Positions 19,268 through 28,710 of a DNA stretch of 64,000 bases are shown piece after piece. Positions within the stretch are counted from its first letter, which is position 1, and every line of letters begins with the position of its first letter. The notes under the pieces were generated by a model. That model was not told where the DNA came from. It searched no databases and was given only the letters and a program-made list of their open reading frames with translations. This DNA is from an uncultured Thermoplasmata archaeon (lineage in GTDB: Archaea > Thermoplasmatota > DTKX01 > GCA-020343715). A program made the translations under genes and the position numbers. Location of the stretch: positions 161 to 64,160 of the forward strand of contig CAYGVT010000032.1 in the NCBI GenBank assembly GCA_964353355.1, given 5' to 3'.

Positions 19268-20005
19268 TCACTTGCCCTTTACCGGCCAGCCCACGCGCAT
19301 GGCCTCGAGGTGGCCCCGGAGCTCGTCGACGATCCAATCGTTGAGCGCCTTGCCCTTCTTGGCGGTAGCCTTCGTGGGATCGCCCCAGGTGGCGGTCGTC
19401 CATCGCTTCTCCGGATGCGCGAGCGCGGCCCACCGGGGGAGGTCGGGCTGGGACGCGACGCGCTTGCGCCTGACCAGATCGGGACGTATGGCGAGCACCC
19501 TGCTGGTCTCGACGTCGCCCGCATGCCCGTCGTCTGCCGCGAACTCCTTGCCAAGGCGCTCGTAGGCGAGGTCGTAGTCGCTGAGCGCCATGATGCGCAT
19601 GTCCTGGTGCGCCTGCGCCACCTCGCGGGCCGCCTCGTTGATGGCGGCGATGTGGTTGCGGCCGGCATGGCCCGACACGACCGCGACGTTCTGCACGCGC
19701 TGCCGGTAGAGCTCGGAGAGGATGTCCCGGAAGAGGGAGCGGACCGTGTCGAAGGACAGTGAGATGGAACCCGGGAAGTTGGCGGTCGACGAGCACGCGC
19801 CGTAGTGCACGGTCGGGGCGACGAGCACGTCGTCCATTGTCGCGGCCAGCCGGTCGCACACCCAGGCCGCCTGGTAGGTGTCGGTGGCGAGGGGCAGGTG
19901 GCCACCATGACCCTCCAGGATGCCCACTGGCACGAGCACTATCGTCCGCGGCCCCACGCGGGCGCGGAACTCCTCCATCGTCAGCTCCTCGAGCAGGTGG
20001 GTCAT
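19268..20005 (-). CDS. Creatininase-family amidohydrolase
   Basis: LEGHGGHLPLATD, SGHAG, HAGDVETS, WGDPTKAT..KG. Confidence 0.9.
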   Translation of the reverse strand: MTHLLEELTMEEFRARVGPRTIVLVPVGILEGHGGHLPLATDTYQAAWVCDRLAATMDDVLVAPTVHYGACSSTANFPGSISLSFDTVRSLFRDILSELYRQRVQNVAVVSGHAGRNHIAAINEAAREVAQAHQDMRIMALSDYDLAYERLGKEFAADDGHAGDVETSRVLAIRPDLVRRKRVASQPDLPRWAALAHPEKRWTTATWGDPTKATAKKGKALNDWIVDELRGHLEAMRVGWPVKGK

Positions 20006-20106
20006 GCCGGGGCGATGGGCTCGACCGTTGATAAGGGTTGCCGGTCGGTCAACCGCGGGGATAGCTATTTGATGTCGCAGGCCACCTATCGTTGGAGGGA
20101 ATTGAG

Positions 20107-20829
20107 ATGAGGCGCGTCCTGGTGACCGGAACGAGCAGGGGCATCGGCCTGGGGCTCGTGAAGCAGCTCGTCGAGCGAGGCGACCGCGTGTTCGCAGGCT
20201 ACCGGGACGCATCGATGGCGTCGCGGCTGCTCAAGTTGGCGGCGCAGAAGCCCGGTCATCTGACCGCGGTGGAGATGGACGTCACGGACGAGCGGTCCAT
20301 CGACGGGGCCTACGGCGAGGTCGCGCACCATGTGGACGCGCTCGACGTGCTCGTCAACAACGCGGGCATCGGCTCGAACAGCCGTGATTTCGATGACCGT
20401 GCCGCGTCATCCGAGCTGGGCTCGCTCAGGACGGAGCCGATGCTGAAGATCCTCCACACCAACTCGGTCGCGCCCGTGCTGGTCGCGCAACGGTTCCTCC
20501 CGATGCTCCGCAAGGGCCGGGACCCCAAGCTCGTCAACATCACGTCGGAGGAGGGCTCGATCTCCCAGACGAACGGCGGAGACCACACCTACCGCGCGAG
20601 CAAGGCCGCGCTCAACATGTTCACGCGCAACCTCGCCATCGAGCTCAGGGACGAGGGCATCGTCGTGGTCATGGTCCATCCGGGCTGGGTCCGGACCGAC
20701 ATGGGCGGGCCGAACGGGCCCCTCAGCGTCGAGGAGTCCGTCCACGGCCTGGTCAAGGTCGTCGACGGCCTCACCTTGGAGCACTCGGGGAGCTTCCTCG
20801 ACTGGCGGGGCCATCCGATGCCTTGGTGA
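20107..20829 (+). CDS. Short-chain dehydrogenase (CsgA/C-factor-like SDR)
   Basis: TGTSRGIG, VNNAGI, YRASKAALN, HPGWVRTDMGG, C-terminal 'MPW'. Confidence 0.92.
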   Translation: MRRVLVTGTSRGIGLGLVKQLVERGDRVFAGYRDASMASRLLKLAAQKPGHLTAVEMDVTDERSIDGAYGEVAHHVDALDVLVNNAGIGSNSRDFDDRAASSELGSLRTEPMLKILHTNSVAPVLVAQRFLPMLRKGRDPKLVNITSEEGSISQTNGGDHTYRASKAALNMFTRNLAIELRDEGIVVVMVHPGWVRTDMGGPNGPLSVEESVHGLVKVVDGLTLEHSGSFLDWRGHPMPW

Positions 20830-20945
20830 GGACGGGCCACCTGACGTGGCAGGTCGTTGGGCCCATGGAGAGCGGTACCTCCTATAGGCAGTGAAAATGG
20901 GTGAGGGGGGCCTTTCTCTCGGCCGCCCCGTCCTCGGCTGCGCGC

Positions 20946-21257
20946 TCAGGACCGCAGGACGATTTCGATGTTCACGCCGTCGGGCACAGTGATGTGGATG
21001 AGGTGCCGCAGCGCGCGCTCGTCGGAATCGAGGTAGATGAGGCGCTTGTGCACCCGCATCTCCCAGTGGTCCCACGTCTCGGAGCCCTCGCCGTCCGGGC
21101 TCTTGCGGACCGGGACGACGAGCCGCTTTGTGGGCAGGGGGATGGGACCGCTTATGGCCACGCCCGTGCGCTCGCTGATGGCCTTGATCTGCTTGCAGAT
21201 CGCGTCGACCTTCTGGGGGTCGGTGGCCGTCAGCGTTATCTTCGCCTTCTGGACCAT
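20946..21257 (-). CDS. rpsJ: 30S ribosomal protein S10 (uS10)
   Basis: [34 protein letters not shown]. Confidence 0.98.
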   Translation of the reverse strand: MVQKAKITLTATDPQKVDAICKQIKAISERTGVAISGPIPLPTKRLVVPVRKSPDGEGSETWDHWEMRVHKRLIYLDSDERALRHLIHITVPDGVNIEIVLRS

Positions 21258-21302
21258 GGCAGTCCCTCCTTCTCGCCCACACGTCCTACAGCGCTGGGTC
21301 GC

Positions 21303-22577
21303 TCAGACCGCTTCGCGCTTCTCGACATCGATGCACATGCCGGCCGCAACGGTCTGGCCCATGTCGCGGATGGCGAACCTGCCCAGCGGCGGGAACTCGG
21401 AGGCCTTCTCTATGACCATCGGCTTCGTGGGTTGGATGGTCACGACGGCCGCGTCGCCCGTCTTCAGGAACTGGGGGTTCTTCTCCACGACCGTGCCCGT
21501 CCTCGGATCGAGCTTCTCGTCGAGCGCGAGGAAGGTGCACGCGACCTGTGCCGTGTGGCAGTGGAATACCGGCGTGTAGCCCGCGGTGATGACCGAGGGG
21601 TGGTTGAGGACCATGATGCGCGCCTTGAAGGTCTTCGCGACCGTTGGCGGGTTGTCCAGCGGACCGGCCACGTCGCCGCGGCGGATGTCCTTCTTGCCCA
21701 GGCCACGGATGTTGAAGCCGACGTTGTCGCCTGGCTCGGCCTGGGGGATCGTCTCGTGGTGCATCTCGATGGACTTGACCTCCCCGGTCTTGTTGGCGGG
21801 CATGAAGATGACCGACATGTTCGGCCTCATGATGCCGGTCTCGATGCGACCGACTGGCACGGTGCCGATGCCGGTGATGGAGTAGACGTCTTGGACCGGC
21901 ACGCGAAGCGGCTTCTCCGTGTGCTTCTCGGGCGGCGACAGGCCGTTGAGGGCATCGAGGAGCGTGGGGCCCTTGAACCAGCTGAGCTGGCCCTTGCCCT
22001 TCGCGATGTTGTCGGACTTGAAGGCGGAGATGGGCACGACGGGGATCTTGTCGACCTTGAAGCCCACGTTCGCGAGCAGCTTCTCGACCTGCCCCTTGAC
22101 ATCGTTGTACTTCGCCTCGGAGTAGTTCACCATGTCCATCTTGTTGAGGGCCACGATGATCTGCTGGACGCCCAGCGTGCGGGCCAGGAAGATGTGCTCC
22201 TTTGTCTGCTCCTGGGGGCCCTCGTAGGCGGACACGACGATGACCGCGGCGTCTGCCTGGGAGGTGCCGGTGATCATGTTCTTGATGAAGTCGCGGTGGC
22301 CCGGCGCGTCGATGATGGTGAAGTAGAACTTGTCGGTGTCGAAGCGCTTGTGGGCGACGTCGATTGTGAGGCCGCGCTCGCGCTCCTCCTTCAGGCCATC
22401 CATGACCCACGCGAACTCGAAGGTGGCCTTGCCGATCGCCTCGGCCTCCTTGCGGTACTTCTCGATGAGGTGCTCATCTATGTGGCCCGTGTCCAGCAGC
22501 AGGCGACCGACGGTGGTCGACTTGCCGTGGTCGACGTGTCCGATGAACACTATGTTCATGTGCGGTTTCGCAGCCAT
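21303..22577 (-). CDS. tuf: Translation elongation factor EF-1 alpha
   Basis: [40 protein letters not shown]. Confidence 0.99.
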   Translation of the reverse strand: MAAKPHMNIVFIGHVDHGKSTTVGRLLLDTGHIDEHLIEKYRKEAEAIGKATFEFAWVMDGLKEERERGLTIDVAHKRFDTDKFYFTIIDAPGHRDFIKNMITGTSQADAAVIVVSAYEGPQEQTKEHIFLARTLGVQQIIVALNKMDMVNYSEAKYNDVKGQVEKLLANVGFKVDKIPVVPISAFKSDNIAKGKGQLSWFKGPTLLDALNGLSPPEKHTEKPLRVPVQDVYSITGIGTVPVGRIETGIMRPNMSVIFMPANKTGEVKSIEMHHETIPQAEPGDNVGFNIRGLGKKDIRRGDVAGPLDNPPTVAKTFKARIMVLNHPSVITAGYTPVFHCHTAQVACTFLALDEKLDPRTGTVVEKNPQFLKTGDAAVVTIQPTKPMVIEKASEFPPLGRFAIRDMGQTVAAGMCIDVEKREAV

Positions 22578-22673
22578 GCGTGTTTCCTCCTTGCGGCTTT
22601 TCCCCCTAACAGTTGACTCCTTTATCTAGTTTTTGACGGTTGGCTCTCGGAACGGGCACACCTGGCTCGGCGC

Positions 22674-24869
22674 TCAGCCCGCGTAGTAGCTCGCGTCGTA
22701 GGGCTCCTCCTTCAGGCCGCGGCGCTTGCGGATGCTCGCCACGACCATGGGCTGCAGCTCGCGCGGCACGCGCTCGAAGCCCGCGTTCTCGGTTGACCAG
22801 AGGGTGCGGCCCTGCGTCGCGCTGCGGATGTCGGACGCGAAGCCGAACATCTCCGCGACGGGGACCTTGGCCTTGACGGAGGTGTTCTCGCCCTCCTGCT
22901 CCATCGACTGTATCTCGCCGCGCCGGGACTGTATCTCACGGACCGAGTCGCCCATCACGCTGTCGGGCATCTGGATGAAGAGCGTCTGCTTCGGCTCGAG
23001 CAGCACGCGACCGCCCAGGCACATGGCGCCGTACATGCCGTTGCGGACGGCGGGGATGACCTGCGCGGGCCCGCGGTGGATGCTGTCCTCGTGGAGGCGC
23101 GCGTCGACCAGCCGGACCTTCAGCCCGGCCACGCGCTCGTTCGCGAGCGGGCCGCGGGCGATGACCTCCTTGAAGGCCTCCTTGATGAGCTCCATGGTCT
23201 CGAACAGGTACTGGATGCCCTTCGTGACGTCGAGGAGCATGTTCTCGCCGAGGACCACGACCACGGACTTCGCCTCGTCCTTGTCCATGCCGAGGTCCTG
23301 GAGCTGCTTCGCGAAGGCCTTCTTGTCCTTGATGCGCTCGCCGGCGGCGATCACGCCCTCCTTGATGGCCTTGACGATCTTCTCATCGAGGGGCTCGACC
23401 TCGAAGGTGAACTTGTTGTGCTTGTTGGGTGACTTGCCCTCGAACTCGGGGGACTTGCCCTCGACGCACTCGCGGTAGACCACGATGGGCTCGGAGGCCG
23501 TGATGGGCACGCCCTGCTCCTTCTCGATGCGGTACTGCGTGATCTCAAGGTGCAGCTCGCCCATCCCCGAGAGAAGGTGCTCGCCCGTCTCGGTGTTTAT
23601 CTCGACTTGGATGGATGGGTCGGCCTTGCCGATGTTGCGCAGCACGTCAACGAGCTTCGGCAGGTCGGCGGTGTTCTTGGCCTCGATGGCGACCGTGACG
23701 ACCGGCTCGGAGTAGTGCTTGATGGCCTCGAACGCGTCCATGTCCGTGTCGGTGATGGTCGACCCCGAGACCGCATCGCGCACTCCCTGTATCGCGGCCA
23801 TGTTGCCCGCGGACACCTCTTCGACGGGCATGCGGTCGGCGCCGACGGCGACGGCCACCGTCTGGATGCTGTAGGTCTTCGGCATGCCGACGATGCTCAC
23901 GGTCTGCCCGCGCTTGACGGTGCCCGAGAACATGCGGCCGATGGCGACCTCGCCCGCGTGGGGGTCGATGATGATCTTGTTGATCATGAGCGCGATTGGG
24001 CCCTTGGGATCGACGTTGAGCATCGCCACCCCGACCTTGGAGCTGACATCGCCGTGCCAAATCTTCGGGATTCTGTACTTCTGGGCGATTTTGGGATTCG
24101 GCAGGAACTTGATGGCCATGTCGAGGATGACCTCGTGAACGGGCGCGAGCTTCGCAAGGGTCTTCTGGTCCTCCTTGCGGCAGAACTCGTAGATGTCCTT
24201 GAACGATATGCCCTTGCGCTTCATGTAGGGCACAGAGATGGCCCATTTGTGGAACGCCGAGCCGAAGGCGACATTGCCCCCCTCGACGGAGAGCTTCCAG
24301 TCGTTCCTGAAGTCGGGCGGGCAGAGGGACTGGATCTTCGCGTCTATCTCGGTGATGATCTTGATGAACCGCTGCTGCATCTCCTCTGGCGTGACCTTGA
24401 GCTCGTTGATGAGCCTGTCGACCTTGTTGATGAAGATGACGGGCTTGACGTTCTCCTTCATGGCCTGCCTGATGACCGTCTCGGTCTGGGGCATGACGCC
24501 CTCGACCGCGCAGCACACGATGATGACGCCGTCGAGGGCGCGCATCGCTCGCGTGACGTCGCCGCCGAAATCGACGTGGCCAGGCGTGTCGATGAGGTTG
24601 ATGAGGTACTCCTTGCCCAGGTAGCTGTGGACCATGGAGGCGTTGACGGCGTTGATGGTGATGCCGCGCGCCTGCTCCTGCGGGTCGTAGTCCAGCGCGA
24701 GCTGCTGTCCGGCGAGCTCGTACGACATGAGCCCCGCGCCGGCGAGCAGGCTGTCGCTTAGCGTCGTCTTGCCGTGGTCGATGTGGGCGGCCGTACCGAG
24801 GTTCCTTACCTGCTCGAGGTTGCCCATCAGCGCCGTGACCCTCTTGATGTTCTCTTCCTTGCGTCCCAT
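22674..24869 (-). CDS. fusA: Translation elongation factor EF-2
   Basis: AHIDHGKTT, DTPGHVDF, GMGELHLE, SPNKHN, diphthamide loop HEDSIHRG. Confidence 0.99.
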   Translation of the reverse strand: MGRKEENIKRVTALMGNLEQVRNLGTAAHIDHGKTTLSDSLLAGAGLMSYELAGQQLALDYDPQEQARGITINAVNASMVHSYLGKEYLINLIDTPGHVDFGGDVTRAMRALDGVIIVCCAVEGVMPQTETVIRQAMKENVKPVIFINKVDRLINELKVTPEEMQQRFIKIITEIDAKIQSLCPPDFRNDWKLSVEGGNVAFGSAFHKWAISVPYMKRKGISFKDIYEFCRKEDQKTLAKLAPVHEVILDMAIKFLPNPKIAQKYRIPKIWHGDVSSKVGVAMLNVDPKGPIALMINKIIIDPHAGEVAIGRMFSGTVKRGQTVSIVGMPKTYSIQTVAVAVGADRMPVEEVSAGNMAAIQGVRDAVSGSTITDTDMDAFEAIKHYSEPVVTVAIEAKNTADLPKLVDVLRNIGKADPSIQVEINTETGEHLLSGMGELHLEITQYRIEKEQGVPITASEPIVVYRECVEGKSPEFEGKSPNKHNKFTFEVEPLDEKIVKAIKEGVIAAGERIKDKKAFAKQLQDLGMDKDEAKSVVVVLGENMLLDVTKGIQYLFETMELIKEAFKEVIARGPLANERVAGLKVRLVDARLHEDSIHRGPAQVIPAVRNGMYGAMCLGGRVLLEPKQTLFIQMPDSVMGDSVREIQSRRGEIQSMEQEGENTSVKAKVPVAEMFGFASDIRSATQGRTLWSTENAGFERVPRELQPMVVASIRKRRGLKEEPYDASYYAG

Positions 24870-24937
24870 GTGGACCAGCCCTTATGTCGATTGTGACCTT
24901 CGATGGAGTTCGGTTTCCATTCGGGGGGCTCGTGGGC

Positions 24938-25909
24938 TCAGCGCGCTGAGGCGGCGATCCTCTCGAGCTCCTCCTTCTTTCCGACGGCGAAGCTGTTGAT
25001 CTCGCGCTTCGACGCGAGGATGATCTCGTCCGCGAGGCACTGCTGGAGCCGCTTCTTGTTGTTGTGCGAGCTCTGTATGGCGCCATGGCATATGTTGCGC
25101 AGGGCGATGTCGAGCCTGCGCGAGGCGGACACGTCCACGGCCTTGGGCACGTTGATACCGCCGTAGCGCAGTCGCGTGACCTCCTCCTTGGGCGCGGCGT
25201 TGCACAGCGCGTCGACGAACACCTGGATGGGGTTCGCCTTGGTGCGCTTGGCGATGGTATCGAAGGCGTCCTCGACGACCCTGTACATCTTGGCCTTCTC
25301 GCCGGTGCCCCACTCGGTCCTCATCATGCCGTTGATGAGGCGCTCGACGATGTTGACGTGCTGCTTGGCGAACGGGCGGTTGGCGTGCCTCGCGCCGGTG
25401 TGCGGCACCGACACGGGGTTGATGTTGACGTACCGCTGCAATCCTGGGTTCGTCACGACGACGCCTGTGAACGGGTACTTGCCGAAGAGCGGCTTGACCG
25501 TGTAACTGACCTTGCGGTCGGTCTTCTCGTCGACGGTCTCGATTAGGACCTCGCCCTCGGCAAGCTCCTGGCCCTCGGCCTTGACCTTCTTGGCCTTCTT
25601 CTTGGGCCTCTCCTCGCCCTCGGCCGTCGGTGCGGCGGAGGCCTCGGTGCCCTCGGAGGCGGTCGGCGCGCCCTCGGGCTCGCCCTCGGCCTTGGCCTTC
25701 TTGGCCTTCTTCTTGGGCCTCTCCTCGCCCTCGGCCGCCTTCATGGGAATGGTCTCGGCGCCATCGACCGGGGGCACGGCCTCGACGGACGGCGTCGTCG
25801 CCACCGGCTGCGCCTCGGCGGGCGCGGCGGCGGCCTGGGCGGTCTCCTTCTGCTCCTGCGGCTGCTCGCCGCCGGCTTCCTTCTGCTCTTCCGCGGCCAT
25901 GTCGCTCAC
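24938..25909 (-). CDS. rpsG: 30S ribosomal protein S7 (uS7) with about 130-aa N-terminal low-complexity extension
   Basis: Core LFGKY...IVERLIN...NPIQV...[11 protein letters not shown]...[16 protein letters not shown] start overlaps the rps12 TGA. Confidence 0.96.
   Translation of the reverse strand: MSDMAAEEQKEAGGEQPQEQKETAQAAAAPAEAQPVATTPSVEAVPPVDGAETIPMKAAEGEERPKKKAKKAKAEGEPEGAPTASEGTEASAAPTAEGEERPKKKAKKVKAEGQELAEGEVLIETVDEKTDRKVSYTVKPLFGKYPFTGVVVTNPGLQRYVNINPVSVPHTGARHANRPFAKQHVNIVERLINGMMRTEWGTGEKAKMYRVVEDAFDTIAKRTKANPIQVFVDALCNAAPKEEVTRLRYGGINVPKAVDVSASRRLDIALRNICHGAIQSSHNNKKRLQQCLADEIILASKREINSFAVGKKEELERIAASAR
25571..25737. repeat. 56-bp direct repeat (one mismatch) inside the rps7 N-terminal extension
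   Basis: Copies at 25571-25626 and 25682-25737 encode [13 protein letters not shown](A/V)KAEG. Confidence 0.9.
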
Positions 25910-26334
25910 CTGATGGGCTTCTCCTTGCGGCCGCGGACCATCTCGTCGAGCGAGACGCCGTTGACCTGGATGACCTTATAGCGCACGCCAGGCAGGTCGC
26001 CGTAGGACCGGCCCATGCGACCGCCGATGCCCTCGACGAGGACCTCGTTGTGCTCGTCGATGAAGTTGATGGCGCCGTCCCCGACGGCGAAGGCCGTGAT
26101 CTGGCGGCCGTTCTTGATGAGCTGGACCTTCACGCACTTGCGGATGGCCGAGTTGGGCTGCTTTGCCTCGATGCCGACCTTCTCAAGGACGATGCCCTTT
26201 GCCTGGGACGAACCCTCCAGCGGGTCCGACTTCTCGCGCAGCTTGAGCACTCGCCGCTTGTAGTACCGGTCGCTCCACCGGAGTTTCTGCCGGTTCCGTT
26301 CCAGCTTCCTGGCAGTGTTGATTCCCCGAGGCAT
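25906..26334 (-). CDS. rpsL: 30S ribosomal protein S12 (uS12)
   Basis: [40 protein letters not shown]. Confidence 0.99.
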   Translation of the reverse strand: MPRGINTARKLERNRQKLRWSDRYYKRRVLKLREKSDPLEGSSQAKGIVLEKVGIEAKQPNSAIRKCVKVQLIKNGRQITAFAVGDGAINFIDEHNEVLVEGIGGRMGRSYGDLPGVRYKVIQVNGVSLDEMVRGRKEKPIR

Positions 26335-26380
26335 CAATACCTCTCCATGCTAGGGTAGTATGCGGGGGAAGGGCCTTCTC

Positions 26381-26403
26381 ATATTTAAGGCTTACTTTTA
26401 AAC
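26381..26403 (-). promoter_or_regulatory. Putative TATA promoter of the rps12-rps10 operon
   Basis: Minus strand 'tttaaaagtaagCCTTAAATAT'; the same CCTTAAATAT occurs upstream of gdhA (43172-43181). Confidence 0.6.
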
Positions 26404-26484
26404 CAGCATCCGTGCGGAGCCCGCTGGGAGCGGGCATGCGGCCTCGCCTCGCGACACTGCCCGGGCGTGCCGAGGGGGACACGG

Positions 26485-28503
26485 TCAGTTGTCGTCCGCG
26501 CCGTTGTGCCACGGGTCGTAGGAGTTCGCGCCCGCGGTCGTGAAGTCCGGTGCGTGGGCCGGGTCGCCCAGGCACGAGTACATGGCCAGCGTCTTCCAGT
26601 GCGCCGATAGGTCCGAGGTCCAGGTGGGCGCGCTCGGGTCCTGGTGGAGCGGGTCGACCTCGCCGTTGTGGTTGCGTATGTACCTGTTAATGGTCCACTG
26701 TAGCGCCTTGCCGGTCGTCCCGTGCTCGGATTCATGGTCCACGATGGCGTCGGTGTTGAACGCGAACATCGCGTTGTTGAGGTCCCAGTCGTGGTCGCCA
26801 GTGACCTCGCCCACCCAGCTGTAGAAGTCCTGACCCATGCGCGAGAAGGACACCTCGGTCGCGCCCACCATGCCCACGCCGCCTGCGTAGAAGAAGTTGA
26901 ACGCGAGCGTGAGCTCGATGTCGACCTTGGTCGTCCCGAAGTTCATGCCCTCTATCTTCGTGTTCTCGCACGCGAACAGCAACGCCGTGGACGGCGGCAG
27001 GTACATGTTGTGCAGGCTCGGCGTCGGGTCGCCTGGTATCTTGACCCAGCCCTCGAGCCGGCCGCGCGTGTGCGCCTCGTTCGGCTCGTAGACGTAGAAC
27101 GTCGCGTGCCAGCTGCCGTGACCGCGGTAGACGATCAGGCCCGAGCTCTCCACGACGGGCGGGATGTCGACCTCCTTGCCGTAGAAGTCGCGCACGCCCT
27201 CGTTGCCGGACGTGCGCATGTACGTCCACTCCATGCCCTCGTCGGTCGCCTCGCGGATCATGAACCGGCCGGGCGTCATCTGCTTGCGCTGGTCCGCGAC
27301 CTCGAAGCCGTTCCAGATGCTGACCTGGTTGCGCCAGTTGACGACCTCGGTACTACCGGTGGAGGTCGCGATCTCGACGGTGTCGTCGATGTAGTGGTAG
27401 CCGATGGTGCGCGCGATCTGGTTGGACGCGCCTTGGAGGTTGAGGTTGACGATGCGGCCGACGGCCGCCTCCATGGTCTTGTCGTCCGAGTCGAGGAAGC
27501 CGAAGCACACGTCGCTCGATACGTTCCCGTCGCCCTCGATGCTGTTGGGGTCCGTCGAGGTCGTGTCGGGGAAGTTGAACTGCCTCACGGCGCCCGCGGA
27601 GCCGACGATGCAGATGTACTCGAACGGTCCGAACTCGGCCCACATCTCGCGCAGCTTGAGGAGCATGCCGATGGCATCGGCGTTGAGCTGTGCGTCCATG
27701 TAGCCGACGGTCTCGTCGGCCTGGGGCTCCCAGTCTGTGAGGACCAGCGCGGCCGTGCCCGCCTTGGTATGCTCGTTATCGCCCGTGTGCGCGGCCGCCA
27801 GCGAGGCCGAGACCCCGGAGAGCATGGGGACATGGTACTCGTTGAAGGGGAGGACCTGCCAGTCGTCCGGGTTGGTGACGAGGACGTAGTTGGCCTGCAG
27901 CCCATGCTTGGCCGTGAGCTCGGCCCATACGTCCTCCTGGGTGAGGAACGTGCGCTCGCCCAGCACGATGACCTTGCCCTCGACCTGCGCGAGCGGGGAT
28001 GCCCACATGGCCTCCTCGTAGGATGCGACCGATATGGCCCCGTTGAAGCCCATGAAGGTCGCGAGCACGTCGTCGCCGGCGGGATAGGTGATGACGCGCT
28101 CGGCACCGAGCTGCGCCTCGACGGACGAGCGCGTCTCCGCGCTTTCGGTGAACAGCACGAACGGGGCGTCGTAGCCCGTCATGTGCTGCAACGTCCACAG
28201 CTGGTGGTCGTCGAGCTCGCCGCGGTCGAGCACGAACAACGGGTGGTAGCCGCCGCCGTGGAACTGGATGGAGGACAGCGCGGCCATGAAGGCCATCCCG
28301 TGCTCGTCCTCTGGCTCGTCGACGAGCACGTAGTACTTGTCCGGCAGCTGGTTGCTCGCTATCGGGAGCTCGTCGCGCGTCCCCTCGGACGGGACGATGG
28401 AGAAGGCCACGACCAGCACGATGACGATCGCGATGGCACCGAGCACCCTCCTGTCGGTGAGCGACCTGCGGAAGGGCTGGACGAACCTTCCCATGGACGG
28501 CAT
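26485..28503 (-). CDS. C25 (gingipain-like) cysteine peptidase with N-terminal signal anchor
   Basis: 'YICIVG', 'SSDVCFG', 'AVGRI', catalytic His in 'YRGHGS', Cys in 'LFACEN', 'CLGDPA'. Confidence 0.78.
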   Translation of the reverse strand: MPSMGRFVQPFRRSLTDRRVLGAIAIVIVLVVAFSIVPSEGTRDELPIASNQLPDKYYVLVDEPEDEHGMAFMAALSSIQFHGGGYHPLFVLDRGELDDHQLWTLQHMTGYDAPFVLFTESAETRSSVEAQLGAERVITYPAGDDVLATFMGFNGAISVASYEEAMWASPLAQVEGKVIVLGERTFLTQEDVWAELTAKHGLQANYVLVTNPDDWQVLPFNEYHVPMLSGVSASLAAAHTGDNEHTKAGTAALVLTDWEPQADETVGYMDAQLNADAIGMLLKLREMWAEFGPFEYICIVGSAGAVRQFNFPDTTSTDPNSIEGDGNVSSDVCFGFLDSDDKTMEAAVGRIVNLNLQGASNQIARTIGYHYIDDTVEIATSTGSTEVVNWRNQVSIWNGFEVADQRKQMTPGRFMIREATDEGMEWTYMRTSGNEGVRDFYGKEVDIPPVVESSGLIVYRGHGSWHATFYVYEPNEAHTRGRLEGWVKIPGDPTPSLHNMYLPPSTALLFACENTKIEGMNFGTTKVDIELTLAFNFFYAGGVGMVGATEVSFSRMGQDFYSWVGEVTGDHDWDLNNAMFAFNTDAIVDHESEHGTTGKALQWTINRYIRNHNGEVDPLHQDPSAPTWTSDLSAHWKTLAMYSCLGDPAHAPDFTTAGANSYDPWHNGADDN

Positions 28504-28710
28504 CGAATGGCACCTGCCTCAGCTATGCTGGACGCATCAGACTAGTGCTGAGGTGGCTCATAAACCTTGTGCCTTCGGATGGGCGACCGACGGTAACTGG
28601 TCCGCGAGGTTGGTCGACCATGCTGGACAGGCCCCCTCGTTCCATAATGGAGAAGCCACGGAGAAAGATAGATAACGGCGGCGCGTGGATACGGAGCCGC
28701 TCCCCTAGCA

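Noticed and set aside
23060..23100. EF-2 diphthamide loop checked for a divergent paralog
   Set aside because: The canonical HRG motif is present and the gene sits in the str operon.
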